Source: Candidatus Omnitrophota bacterium | GTDB lineage: Bacteria; Omnitrophota; Gorgyraeia; Gygaellales; Profunditerraquicolaceae | NCBI GenBank assembly: GCA_028719265.1 | Contig: JAQUKF010000001.1 | Span: 6,463 to 41,187, forward strand | Reading direction: 5' to 3' | DNA: 34,725 nt | In this document: positions 26,801 through 34,725 of the stretch, one piece after another | Position numbering within the stretch: position 1 is the first letter of the stretch | Layout of the letters: every line of letters begins with the position of its first letter | Made by a program: the position numbers and the translations under genes | Notes under the pieces: generated by a model | The model's input: the letters and a program-made list of their open reading frames with translations, nothing else | Told to the model about the DNA's origin: nothing | The model's database searches: none

Positions 26801-27409
26801 CTATTTGATGTATTTTTCTATCGCCTTGTATACCCGCCCGGCTATGATTTTATAACCCCGTGCGTTAGGATGGAAAAAATCGCTCTTCATCGCGGGATTA
26901 GTGATTATCTTATAAAGGACAACGGGGATGAATATCGCCTGTTTCCTTCTGGCTAATTTCTTTAAGGCTGCCCGGTACTCCCTGAAGAACATGCCCGCGC
27001 TGATATCCATTAAAGCTACCATCGCCCCTTGCGCCTGGATACGGTCGATTATTTCACTCAGATTATTGACCGTCGTCTCCCGCGGGATCTTCTTTAAAAA
27101 ATCGTTACCGCAGAACTCAACGATAACCAGGCGCGGGTCCCTGCTCAATACATCGCGCTCCAGACGCTCCAAGGCGGCAAAGCTCGTATCTCCGTCGACA
27201 CCTGCATTGATCACCGGTAGTTTCACCATCTTGCTTAAGGCCGATGGATAATCCTCGCCGGCAGAGGCGCCATAACCGAAAGTAATGCTGTCTCCAAAAC
27301 AAATAATGTTGGAGCCTTTGGAGCCGGCGTTCTTGATCTCCTGTTGTGCGCATCCGCATAAGGCGGCGACCAGAACAACAAAAAAAACAGAAAAACTAAT
27401 TCTTTTCAT
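26801..27409 (-). CDS. SGNH/GDSL-family hydrolase lipoprotein (arylesterase/TesA-like)
   Basis: Lipobox LCGC plus block I FGDSIT, block III CGNDF and block V DFFHPN. Confidence 0.8.
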   Translation of the reverse strand: MKRISFSVFFVVLVAALCGCAQQEIKNAGSKGSNIICFGDSITFGYGASAGEDYPSALSKMVKLPVINAGVDGDTSFAALERLERDVLSRDPRLVIVEFCGNDFLKKIPRETTVNNLSEIIDRIQAQGAMVALMDISAGMFFREYRAALKKLARRKQAIFIPVVLYKIITNPAMKSDFFHPNARGYKIIAGRVYKAIEKYIK

Positions 27410-28433
27410 GCTTCAGCCTCAATTGTCCGCAGGCGGCCTGGATATCCTGCCCGCGCTCCTTTCTTAAAGTAACATTGACCCCGGTTTTAAACAAATACTC
27501 TTTGAACGCCGACACCTCTTGTTCGGACGGCGGGAGCATCTTCTCCGTTGACCCGTTGACTGGATTTGCGGGAATAAGGTTCACTTTGGCCAGCCTCAAG
27601 CTACTTAAAAGCCCGGATAATTTTTTGGCCGACGCTAAATCCGAGTTCAACCCCTTCACCAGGATATACTCAAAGGTAACTTGTCGGTTCGTTTTCTCGC
27701 TATATTCCCGGCAACACCTGATTAAATCCGACAATGGATATTTACGGTTAATCGGCATTATCCTTGAGCGCAGGCTGTCGTCTGCGGCATGCAGGGATAT
27801 GGAAAGCTCTACCTGCAAAGATTCCCCCTGCAGCCTCCTTATCCCGGGAACAATCCCGCAGGTAGATATAGTGATTTTTCTGGAGCCGATATTAAAAGCC
27901 TCCGGGGAATTTATCACCCTTACGGCCTTCAAAAGGTTATCGTAATTGTCCAAAGGCTCCCCCGTCCCCATAAATACGATATGGGTAAGCTGCCCCTTTT
28001 CCAAGTTATGCTTTAAATACAAAACCTCATCCAGCATCTCCCCGCATGTCAAGTTGCGTTTAAACCCTTTAAGCCCGCTTGCGCAAAAGGAGCAGGCGAA
28101 TTTGCATCCCGCCTGCGAGGAAATACAACCGGTTACGCGTCTAGCGGCCGGGATGCCTACTGCCTCAATCAAATTACCGTCTTTCAGCTCAAAAAGGAAC
28201 TTATCCGTACCGTCGGAAGAACGCTGCAAATCCTCCAGTCTTAACCCTAGTATATAAAACTCATCGGTCAGCAGGTCTCTTAAGGTAACCGGCAAATCGC
28301 TCATCTTGGCGAATTCATAGGCCCCTTTACCGTAGATCCAAGACAATACCTGCCTGGCGTGATATCCCGGCTTCCCCCAGGAAAGCAACTTTACCTCCAA
28401 CTCCTTAAGGCTCAACTCCTTGATATCTCGCAT
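27396..28433 (-). CDS. rlmN: 23S rRNA/tRNA adenine-C2 methyltransferase RlmN (radical SAM)
   Basis: CKFACSFC radical-SAM cluster motif, FMGTGEPL, and the C-terminal conserved ACGQL. Confidence 0.9.
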   Translation of the reverse strand: MRDIKELSLKELEVKLLSWGKPGYHARQVLSWIYGKGAYEFAKMSDLPVTLRDLLTDEFYILGLRLEDLQRSSDGTDKFLFELKDGNLIEAVGIPAARRVTGCISSQAGCKFACSFCASGLKGFKRNLTCGEMLDEVLYLKHNLEKGQLTHIVFMGTGEPLDNYDNLLKAVRVINSPEAFNIGSRKITISTCGIVPGIRRLQGESLQVELSISLHAADDSLRSRIMPINRKYPLSDLIRCCREYSEKTNRQVTFEYILVKGLNSDLASAKKLSGLLSSLRLAKVNLIPANPVNGSTEKMLPPSEQEVSAFKEYLFKTGVNVTLRKERGQDIQAACGQLRLKHEKN

Positions 28434-28440
28434 GGTTTAT

Positions 28441-29949
28441 TCAAGAACGGTTTCTAAGTTTTTCTTTATCGATCTTTCCGGTCCGGTTTTTGGGGAGCTC
28501 TGCGCAAAACTCAAAGTGGTGGGGGATCTTAAAATGCGCCAGATGCCGGCGCAGGAAGAAACGCAGGTCCTCGTCTGGAATAACCCCTTCCTTCCTGGCC
28601 ACCAGGAAGGCTTTAGGCACCTCTCCCCTTAATTTGTCGGCCACTCCTACTACCGCGGCCTCGGCGATATCCGGATGTTTCAACAGGACAGATTCGACCT
28701 CCGGCTCGAAAACAATTTCTCCTCCGACCTTGATCATCTCTTTTTTCCTGCCGACGATATAAAGGAATCCCTGCGCGTCAAATTTTCCCAGGTCCCCGGT
28801 ATAAAACCAGCCATTACGGATACTCCGGCGGGTAAGCTCTTCATCCTTAAGGTAACCGTCGGTAACTACCCAGCTTTTTACCGCGACTTCGCCGACCTCA
28901 TCCGTCTTCAACTCCCTGCCGTCATCTGAAAAGATCTTCACTTTTATCCAAGGGGCAGGCCTGCCTACGCTCTCGATATTGCCGGAGCCCATCGGCAGGA
29001 CCACGGTAGGGGCATTGGTTTCAGTCAGGCCCCATCCGTTCAGAAGAAATGCCTTCGGGCAGAATTGATGGAACCTGCGTAAGGCATCCGGGGAATTCGA
29101 GGCACCGAAGGTAACGATCCAACGCAGACTGGATAAATCAAATGTTTCAAACTCCTTTAGCTGCAAAAGGGCATAATACATCGAGGGGACTATCCAGAAG
29201 AAATTAACCTTATGGTTTTGGATATTCCTCAGGAAATCCAGGGGCATAAAACGCTCCATAAGTATCATGGTCAGGCCGAAGGTGACCGTGTTCTGGATAT
29301 ATATTAAACCTCCCAAATGAGAAAACGGAAGGGCGCAAATGGTGGTATCTTTTGGGCCCAAATCCGCGTTCACAAAGAAGGCCATTGATTTGGGAGGGGC
29401 GTCAAGCTGCAGGTAATTGATCAACACTCCCTTGGGTTTACCTGTTGTCCCCGACGTATAAAAAACTATTGCCTCGTCCTTTTCTGGCGCTCCCGCACCG
29501 CCCGAGAATTCCGCCTCTTGTCCCAAAAACCCTTCGAAGCTTAGCGTTCCCTCCTCCGCAGAACGGCAGGAAACTATGTGAGTTAATGCCGGCAGGGCCG
29601 ACTTAAGGCTGGCAAAAGAAATATTGGCTTTATGCTTGGTTATCAGGACTTTGGCTTCGCAATGCCCTAGGCATGAGATTATCTCATCTTCGGTAAGCAT
29701 AAAATCAAGGGGAACACTGCATGCGCCGATAGACCAGATAGCCAAATAACTGTAAATATACTCCGGCCAGTTGGGCAGATAGACGGCAACCCTGTCCCCG
29801 CGCTTGACCCCAAGCTTAAGCAGCCCCCGGGCAAGCGAAAAGACTTTATCCTTGAGCTGCAAAAAGGAAATTTTTTCCTGGCCAAAGACGACCGCAGGTT
29901 TATGCCCTTGCTCCTGTGCTCTTGCTTTTAAAAGACTGACAACATCCAT
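28441..29949 (-). CDS. AMP-forming acyl-CoA ligase (ANL superfamily)
   Basis: Motifs YTSGTTGKPKGV, GWGLTE, YTGDLG and GRKKEMIKVGGE. The start at ATG 29949 (MDVVSLL) forms a TGATG junction with the ALDH stop. The 79-codon upstream extension in the ORF track lies inside the ALDH gene. Confidence 0.85.
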   Translation of the reverse strand: MDVVSLLKARAQEQGHKPAVVFGQEKISFLQLKDKVFSLARGLLKLGVKRGDRVAVYLPNWPEYIYSYLAIWSIGACSVPLDFMLTEDEIISCLGHCEAKVLITKHKANISFASLKSALPALTHIVSCRSAEEGTLSFEGFLGQEAEFSGGAGAPEKDEAIVFYTSGTTGKPKGVLINYLQLDAPPKSMAFFVNADLGPKDTTICALPFSHLGGLIYIQNTVTFGLTMILMERFMPLDFLRNIQNHKVNFFWIVPSMYYALLQLKEFETFDLSSLRWIVTFGASNSPDALRRFHQFCPKAFLLNGWGLTETNAPTVVLPMGSGNIESVGRPAPWIKVKIFSDDGRELKTDEVGEVAVKSWVVTDGYLKDEELTRRSIRNGWFYTGDLGKFDAQGFLYIVGRKKEMIKVGGEIVFEPEVESVLLKHPDIAEAAVVGVADKLRGEVPKAFLVARKEGVIPDEDLRFFLRRHLAHFKIPHHFEFCAELPKNRTGKIDKEKLRNRS

Positions 29950-31433
29950 CAGAATCCGTACCAATAATTGACTAAAGGTTTCCCTTCCGGGGATTGATCC
30001 AAAATCACGTTCTTGAGCCGGCTGTACTCCAGCATTCCCTCTCTTCCCAGCTCTTTGCCAAAACCGCTCTGTTTGAACCCGCCGTAGGGCAGCTGGTTGT
30101 AAAACATGCCGTAAGTATTTATCCAAACAGTCCCGGCATTTATCCTGCCGGCCAGATCCCTGGCCCGCGGCAAATCCTTGCTCCATATGCAGGCGGCTAA
30201 ACCGAAATCCGCATTGTTAGCCAAGATGGCGGCTTCATCGGAGCTTGAGAACTTATTGATCAAGGCCACCGGACCAAACACCTCTTCCTTGAATATATGC
30301 GCGCCGGCGCCCACATTTGCCAAAACCGTAGGTTCAAAGAAATAACCGTTTTTCAGCTCCGCGATATCAGGTATTTTGCCGCCGCATACAACCTTAACCC
30401 CCTCGGCCCTGGCCTTTTCTATACCGGCAATTACCTTTTTACGCTGCGCATCATTGATTAATGGGCCCATTTGGGTTTGAAAATCCTCCGCCGGACCCAA
30501 TTTTATACGTTTAGCCTTCTCCGTAAATGCGGCAAGGAACTGCTCGTAAATAGCCTCCTGGACAAAGATCCGCGACATCGCCGTGCACATCTGGCCCTGG
30601 TTAAGAAAAATAGATGTCAGGCAGCTGTTCACCGCCACATCCAGGTCAACATCGTCAAATACTATGCCGGCGGATTTCCCTCCGAGCTCCATGGTCATCT
30701 TCTTAACATTCTTGGAGGAATACTGTATTATCTTTTTACCCGTTTCATTGCTGCCGGTAAAAGAGACCATATCAATACGCTTGTCCGCGCAAAGACTTTC
30801 CCCTACCAACGAACCGCTTCCATTGATCACATTAACTACCCCGTCAGGAAGGCCTGCCTGGCGGACAATCTTTGCCAACTCCAGAGCGGTAAGCGGCGTA
30901 AGGCTGGAAGGTTTTAAAATGACCGTATTGCCGCAAGCCAGGGCCGAAGCCAGCTTCCAGCAGGCAATCAAAAGCGGATAATTCCAAGGGACGATCAGCG
31001 TCGTCACCCCCATAGGTTCACGAAGCAGGTTCGCTCTGGCATCTTCACAAACCTTGATCTCTTCGGAGGCCAGATAATTTATGAAATTATGTGCCGCAAA
31101 TTCAAATGCCTCGGCGCTGGAGGGGATATCCATAAAGGTGGTTTCCTTTATGGGTTTGCCGCTGTTAGATGTTTCCAGCTGCGCCAGATCAGCGGCATTA
31201 TCCAGGATGCCCTGGCCGATCCGGGAAATAAACTCCCTGCGTTCAAGCAATGACAGGCGCGGCCAGGGGCCGGAATCAAAAGCCTCCCTGGCGCTGGCAA
31301 GACCAAGCTCCAATTCCTTTGGGGAAGCTAAAGATGCTTCGGCAATCACCTTGCCCGTGGAAGGATTGATAATATTCTGCTTCTTGGCTGTTTCTATGAA
31401 TTGTCCGTTTATAAAAAGCGGATAGGAGTTCAT
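29949..31433 (-). CDS. NAD(P)+-dependent aldehyde dehydrogenase
   Basis: 494 aa with catalytic Glu block MELGGKSA, catalytic Cys block NQGQMCTAMSR, and FTGS cofactor motifs. Confidence 0.9.
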   Translation of the reverse strand: MNSYPLFINGQFIETAKKQNIINPSTGKVIAEASLASPKELELGLASAREAFDSGPWPRLSLLERREFISRIGQGILDNAADLAQLETSNSGKPIKETTFMDIPSSAEAFEFAAHNFINYLASEEIKVCEDARANLLREPMGVTTLIVPWNYPLLIACWKLASALACGNTVILKPSSLTPLTALELAKIVRQAGLPDGVVNVINGSGSLVGESLCADKRIDMVSFTGSNETGKKIIQYSSKNVKKMTMELGGKSAGIVFDDVDLDVAVNSCLTSIFLNQGQMCTAMSRIFVQEAIYEQFLAAFTEKAKRIKLGPAEDFQTQMGPLINDAQRKKVIAGIEKARAEGVKVVCGGKIPDIAELKNGYFFEPTVLANVGAGAHIFKEEVFGPVALINKFSSSDEAAILANNADFGLAACIWSKDLPRARDLAGRINAGTVWINTYGMFYNQLPYGGFKQSGFGKELGREGMLEYSRLKNVILDQSPEGKPLVNYWYGF

Positions 31434-32431
31434 TTTATCTTTATTTCTTTAAACAGGGAAAAGAGCCGAGTAAACGGAACATACCATTTAGAAAGCTGGC
31501 CCAATTGCCCGCTCAATCTCATCTTTCCCTGGGTCACCGCCACAAAACAATCCAGCTTGCCCAGAAAAACCTGTTCCCAGGTTGGCCGGGGGGCGGATAT
31601 CACAAAAGGAGCCTCGACGTCAGGATCCAATCTCACGATCTTCCCCTTGTCAAAACTGAATTTAAATACATCGTCGCAATCATCCATGCGTATAGCCAGT
31701 TGTAAGGTCAGATCCAGCTCTTTTCCCTTCTGGGCGATAAATTCATCCTTGTTGACCAAATCCACGATCGCCTGTATATGCTCCCGGCTAAACATCCTGT
31801 AAGCCGGCTCATCGCGTTTAAAATCATCCCTTAAAGCGGAGTCCAGACTGTCCAATATGCCTCTCTCGAACAGGCGGGCACAGGCAGCGCTCTTTACCGC
31901 CTCTTCCAGGGCTTCAGTAACATCCAGGGCTTCCTCAAACTTATCTGCGATCGCCACCGTGCCGTGATTTCTTAAAACCACCAGGTTATTGCTCTTTAGG
32001 GCGGCGATGACCGGCTCGGGAACGGTTACCGTCGGTGTTTCCTGCGGTATCACCGGAATATCCCCCAGGTAAAATTTAGTCTCAAAACTCATGGCCTTGA
32101 GCGTCTTGGTAACCGCAAAATACCCGTTGATCAAAGGAGGATGACAATGCAGTACCACCCTTGCAGGAAAATTCTTATATACCAGCATATGCAGGGGAAG
32201 TTCAGAACTTGGTTTAACCGAACCCGCAGCTTCCGGTTTATCCAGGTTGACTTTAACTATATCCCCTTCCTGCAGCCGGCCCAAAGCAGTGCCGCTGGCA
32301 GTAATCAATATATTTTCATCGTCGATCTTCACGCTTAAATTCCCGGATTTGGCCACCGCCAGCCCGGACTCATAAAGCCGTCTGCCGACCTCGATAATCT
32401 CAAGTTTCAAATCTTTCTCTGACATAATCAT
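31430..32431 (-). CDS. Class II (metal-dependent) aldolase/adducin-family domain fused to a C-terminal SCP2 domain
   Basis: The N-terminal ~190 aa carry SGNLS, PSSELPLH, LHCHPP and LRNHGTV (Glu/His metal ligands). The C-terminal ~110 aa show the SCP2 pattern FKFSFDKGKIV...WEQVFLGKLDCFVAVTQGKMRLSGQLGQL. Confidence 0.75.
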   Translation of the reverse strand: MIMSEKDLKLEIIEVGRRLYESGLAVAKSGNLSVKIDDENILITASGTALGRLQEGDIVKVNLDKPEAAGSVKPSSELPLHMLVYKNFPARVVLHCHPPLINGYFAVTKTLKAMSFETKFYLGDIPVIPQETPTVTVPEPVIAALKSNNLVVLRNHGTVAIADKFEEALDVTEALEEAVKSAACARLFERGILDSLDSALRDDFKRDEPAYRMFSREHIQAIVDLVNKDEFIAQKGKELDLTLQLAIRMDDCDDVFKFSFDKGKIVRLDPDVEAPFVISAPRPTWEQVFLGKLDCFVAVTQGKMRLSGQLGQLSKWYVPFTRLFSLFKEIKIK

Positions 32432-33342
32432 ACCCCCAAATAAACATGCCTGGTGATCAATTCTGCCGGCGTGACGTCAAAAGCCGGGTAATACGCTTTA
32501 ACCTCTTTCGGAGCAAGCAACAATCCCTGGTAAACCTTAAGTTCATTCTCCGGCCGGATCTCAATCCTGATCTCTTTGCCGCTTTTCAACTTTGAAGGAG
32601 GAGGACAAAGAACATAAAAGGGAACCCTGAAATATCTGGCTACTACCGCGATCTGGTAGGTTCCGATCTTATTGGCGATATCCCCGTTTTGTGCCAAATG
32701 GTCTGCCCCGACGACAACTTTATTTACTTTCCCCAGCGACAACAGGTAGGCCACCATATTGTCGGTAATGATGGTTACGGGGATTTTCTGTCTCATCAAT
32801 TCCCAGGCGGTAAGCCGCGAACCCTGCAGATAAGGTCTGGTCTCGGTAACGTAAAAGCTTACTTTCTTCCCCTCTTTTCTGGCAAACTCCGCGATTAACG
32901 GCATTGAACCGCTGACATTGCAATGCGTAAGTATGACGTCGCCGTCCTTAAGCAGTGCGGCCATATCCCTGGCCTGCTGTATGCGCGCGGCCTTAAGCGC
33001 TTTCAGGAAACCGGTTATACTCTCCTCCAGGGGCCGGCCGGATTTCGCCCAACCCAGGACCATATCCGTCAATACCTTGAACGCCAGAGTAGGACGAGTG
33101 GCATTAATGGCCTCGGCCACCTTGGTTAAATCGATTTTCTGCCGCCTGCTCAACATAAAGGTGTACATCACCAGGAGCACTTGGCCTACCGCCCGGGTCT
33201 TCATCTCTTTGATCGCCCGGCATGCCTGACGGTAGTCTTTTACTTTTATGTAAACCAGCTTCTGCGGCAGCCTGGTCTCATCAAGGATGCGGATGAAACT
33301 GCCATTCAGTTCTATAGGCCAGAAAAGCGGAGACAGTTTCAT
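32428..33342 (-). CDS. MtnA/eIF2B-family sugar-1-phosphate isomerase (MTR-1-P / 5-deoxyribose-1-P isomerase-like)
   Basis: LTHCN (catalytic Cys context), VTETRPYLQGSRLTAWEL, and GADHLAQNGDIANKIGTY (catalytic Asp context). At 304 aa it is shorter at the N-terminus than typical MtnA. Confidence 0.75.
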   Translation of the reverse strand: MKLSPLFWPIELNGSFIRILDETRLPQKLVYIKVKDYRQACRAIKEMKTRAVGQVLLVMYTFMLSRRQKIDLTKVAEAINATRPTLAFKVLTDMVLGWAKSGRPLEESITGFLKALKAARIQQARDMAALLKDGDVILTHCNVSGSMPLIAEFARKEGKKVSFYVTETRPYLQGSRLTAWELMRQKIPVTIITDNMVAYLLSLGKVNKVVVGADHLAQNGDIANKIGTYQIAVVARYFRVPFYVLCPPPSKLKSGKEIRIEIRPENELKVYQGLLLAPKEVKAYYPAFDVTPAELITRHVYLGV

Positions 33343-34091
33343 TATCTTCCTTCCATCTTCTTTACCGCCTCCAGGGCGATCTTAATCAGGTTGCTCTCGG
33401 CCATATAATAAAGCGGGTTCATAAACCCCATCTCTCCGGTAATCACGTTGTCGCTGACCGCCAGTATGGAAGCGGCTTTTATCTTATATGTCTGGCAGAT
33501 TGTCAGCAGGGTTGAAGAAACCATATCTACCGCCATGGCCCCTTCCTTCCGTTTGGCCTCCACGATCTGGCGCGTCTCGCGCAAGAGGGCATCGGTTGTC
33601 CAGGCTTTACCTCGGTGCACGTTCAACCCCATATCTTTGGCGATACCGAATAAAAGGTCGGATATGCCTTTATCGCTGGCAGTCTTAAAATCCTCATCCA
33701 CGTAATACGGGGTAACCCCGTCCCCGCGGATGATCTCATCTACGATAAACAGGTCCCCTACCTTGATATTTTCATCGAGAGAACCGCAGGTGCCTATGCG
33801 TATAATATTCGGTATCCCGGCATTACACATCACCTCGGTGGTAATCGAAGTGTCTGTCGAGAACCTCCCGCCGTTTATTCCGGTAACCTTGATCCCTTCG
33901 AATGTCCCGGTGTACATGGTATATTCCATAAAAGAGAAGTTGCGCACGGGGTTATCGATCTTTTTCATCAATACTTCCAGCCGGTCCTTCGGGCCCGGCA
34001 CGATGGCATATTTACCTACATCCTGCGGCCTGAGCTGCACCATGGCCGTTAAATCCTTACCTGTCAAATGTACATCCTTCTGCATCTGCAT
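33342..34091 (-). CDS. PNP/UDP-1 family nucleoside phosphorylase
   Basis: Family pattern IRIGTCGSL...GD...VDMVSSTL...AVSDN. The preferred start is ATG 34091, preceded by AGGAG (34105..34101). The ORF-track GTG at 34118 would overlap the DUF190 gene. The stop forms a TAATG junction with the isomerase start. Confidence 0.7.
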   Translation of the reverse strand: MQMQKDVHLTGKDLTAMVQLRPQDVGKYAIVPGPKDRLEVLMKKIDNPVRNFSFMEYTMYTGTFEGIKVTGINGGRFSTDTSITTEVMCNAGIPNIIRIGTCGSLDENIKVGDLFIVDEIIRGDGVTPYYVDEDFKTASDKGISDLLFGIAKDMGLNVHRGKAWTTDALLRETRQIVEAKRKEGAMAVDMVSSTLLTICQTYKIKAASILAVSDNVITGEMGFMNPLYYMAESNLIKIALEAVKKMEGR

Positions 34092-34110
34092 TTTTAATCT
34101 CTCCTGTTCT

Positions 34111-34440
34111 TTAAGCACGGTACATGATTACATTCGCCTTCTCAAGCGTGATCAACCCCTCTTTGACCATGGCGTCAAGCTGGGGGATAAACTGATTTAT
34201 CTTCTCTTCACTATCCACTATTTCGATAACTACCGGCAGATCCTCGGACAACCTCAGGATGTTCGAGGTATGCATATGGCTTTTACATCCAAACCCCATA
34301 AACCCTTTAACCGCAGTCGCCCCGGCCAAACCGCTCCTTTTAGCCAAAAGAATGATTTCTTCATATAGCGGTTTACCGTTGAATTTATCCGCCTCTCCTA
34401 TAAAAACCCTCAATAGCTTGCCATCCGCGGGAATCTTCAT
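34111..34440 (-). CDS. DUF190 (PII-like) protein commonly paired with CrcB
   Basis: 109 aa with LLRVFIGEADKFNGKPLYEEI...GLAGATAVKGFMGFG. It has an ATGA-type overlap with the crcB stop. Confidence 0.7.
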   Translation of the reverse strand: MKIPADGKLLRVFIGEADKFNGKPLYEEIILLAKRSGLAGATAVKGFMGFGCKSHMHTSNILRLSEDLPVVIEIVDSEEKINQFIPQLDAMVKEGLITLEKANVIMYRA

Positions 34441-34725
34441 ATCGCCTCTCCTATAAAAGCCCCTGCCCTGAATAATATAAGCCCCAGCAACACGCTGAGG
34501 AATACGTTATTGAAAGCCCTTACCGCCTGGCCGTTCCGGATCAGGCTGTCGGTCTCGAATATCAGGGTTGAGAACGTGGTGAACGCCCCGCAGAAACCGA
34601 CCATCAGCAGCATGCGCGCATCCGGACCAAGCATAAACTTCTTCTCGGACAGGGAAACCAAAAACCCCAGGATAAAACAACCGCTTATATTTACAGCCAG
34701 AGTACCGTAAGGGAATGCCGGGCCC
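34437..34725 (-). CDS. crcB: Fluoride channel CrcB/FluC (5' end beyond the right edge)
   Basis: GFCGAFTTFSTLIFET signature. The frame stays open upstream of the ORF-track TTG to the window edge and reads GPAFPYGTLAVNISGCFILGF, which is typical CrcB TM1/2 sequence. Confidence 0.8.
   Translation of the reverse strand, partial: GPAFPYGTLAVNISGCFILGFLVSLSEKKFMLGPDARMLLMVGFCGAFTTFSTLIFETDSLIRNGQAVRAFNNVFLSVLLGLILFRAGAFIGEAI

Noticed and set aside
29950-30186. 79-codon N-terminal extension of the acyl-CoA ligase ORF.
   Set aside because: It lies inside the aldehyde dehydrogenase coding region in another frame. The internal ATG at 29949 forms a TGATG coupling junction and gives a normal ANL N-terminus.
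1-34725. Scan for CRISPR repeats, IS/transposase ends, integrases, toxin-antitoxin pairs and defence-system genes.
   Set aside because: Nothing was found. Every ORF above 100 aa that is not antisense noise has a housekeeping or metabolic assignment. The only intergenic stretches longer than 100 bp are the 16156-16299 murJ-rpsT spacer, the 18717-18817 spacer and the tRNA locus at 24290-24842, and none of them contains repeat arrays.

Overview
This is a gene-dense bacterial chromosomal window that reads mostly on the minus strand. It looks like core genome from a diderm organism. Envelope genes include an LpxL-family acyltransferase, lnt, murJ, lptE, a bamD-like gene and secA. Information-processing genes include prfB, leuS, rpsT, holA, rlmN, uvrC and nfo, and two tRNAs (Ala-GGC, Leu-CAA) are present. 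I found no CRISPR array, rRNA, transposase, integrase or prophage signature. The taxon cannot be assigned from the sequence alone. Many adjacent genes overlap by 1-35 nt, so translational coupling appears pervasive. The best candidate for something undescribed is a five-gene, translationally coupled cassette at 28441-34091: PNP/UDP-type nucleoside phosphorylase, MtnA-type sugar-phosphate isomerase, class II aldolase fused to an SCP2 domain, aldehyde dehydrogenase, and an AMP-forming acyl-CoA ligase. It reads like the DHAP shunt for 5'-deoxyadenosine/MTA salvage, extended by oxidation and CoA activation of the aldehyde product. It sits directly upstream of the radical-SAM gene rlmN. Other points worth a second look: the canonical prfB +1 frameshift, which the ORF track splits; several near-consensus sigma70-like promoters placed 6-10 nt from the ATG with no Shine-Dalgarno, implying leaderless mRNAs; a tRNA spacer packed with interleaved promoter-like motifs; a structured tRNA-Ala 3' trailer with mutually exclusive hairpins; and truncated UvrC, HolA, ComEC and MGMT architectures. 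All functional calls come from motif recognition by eye. No searches were run.
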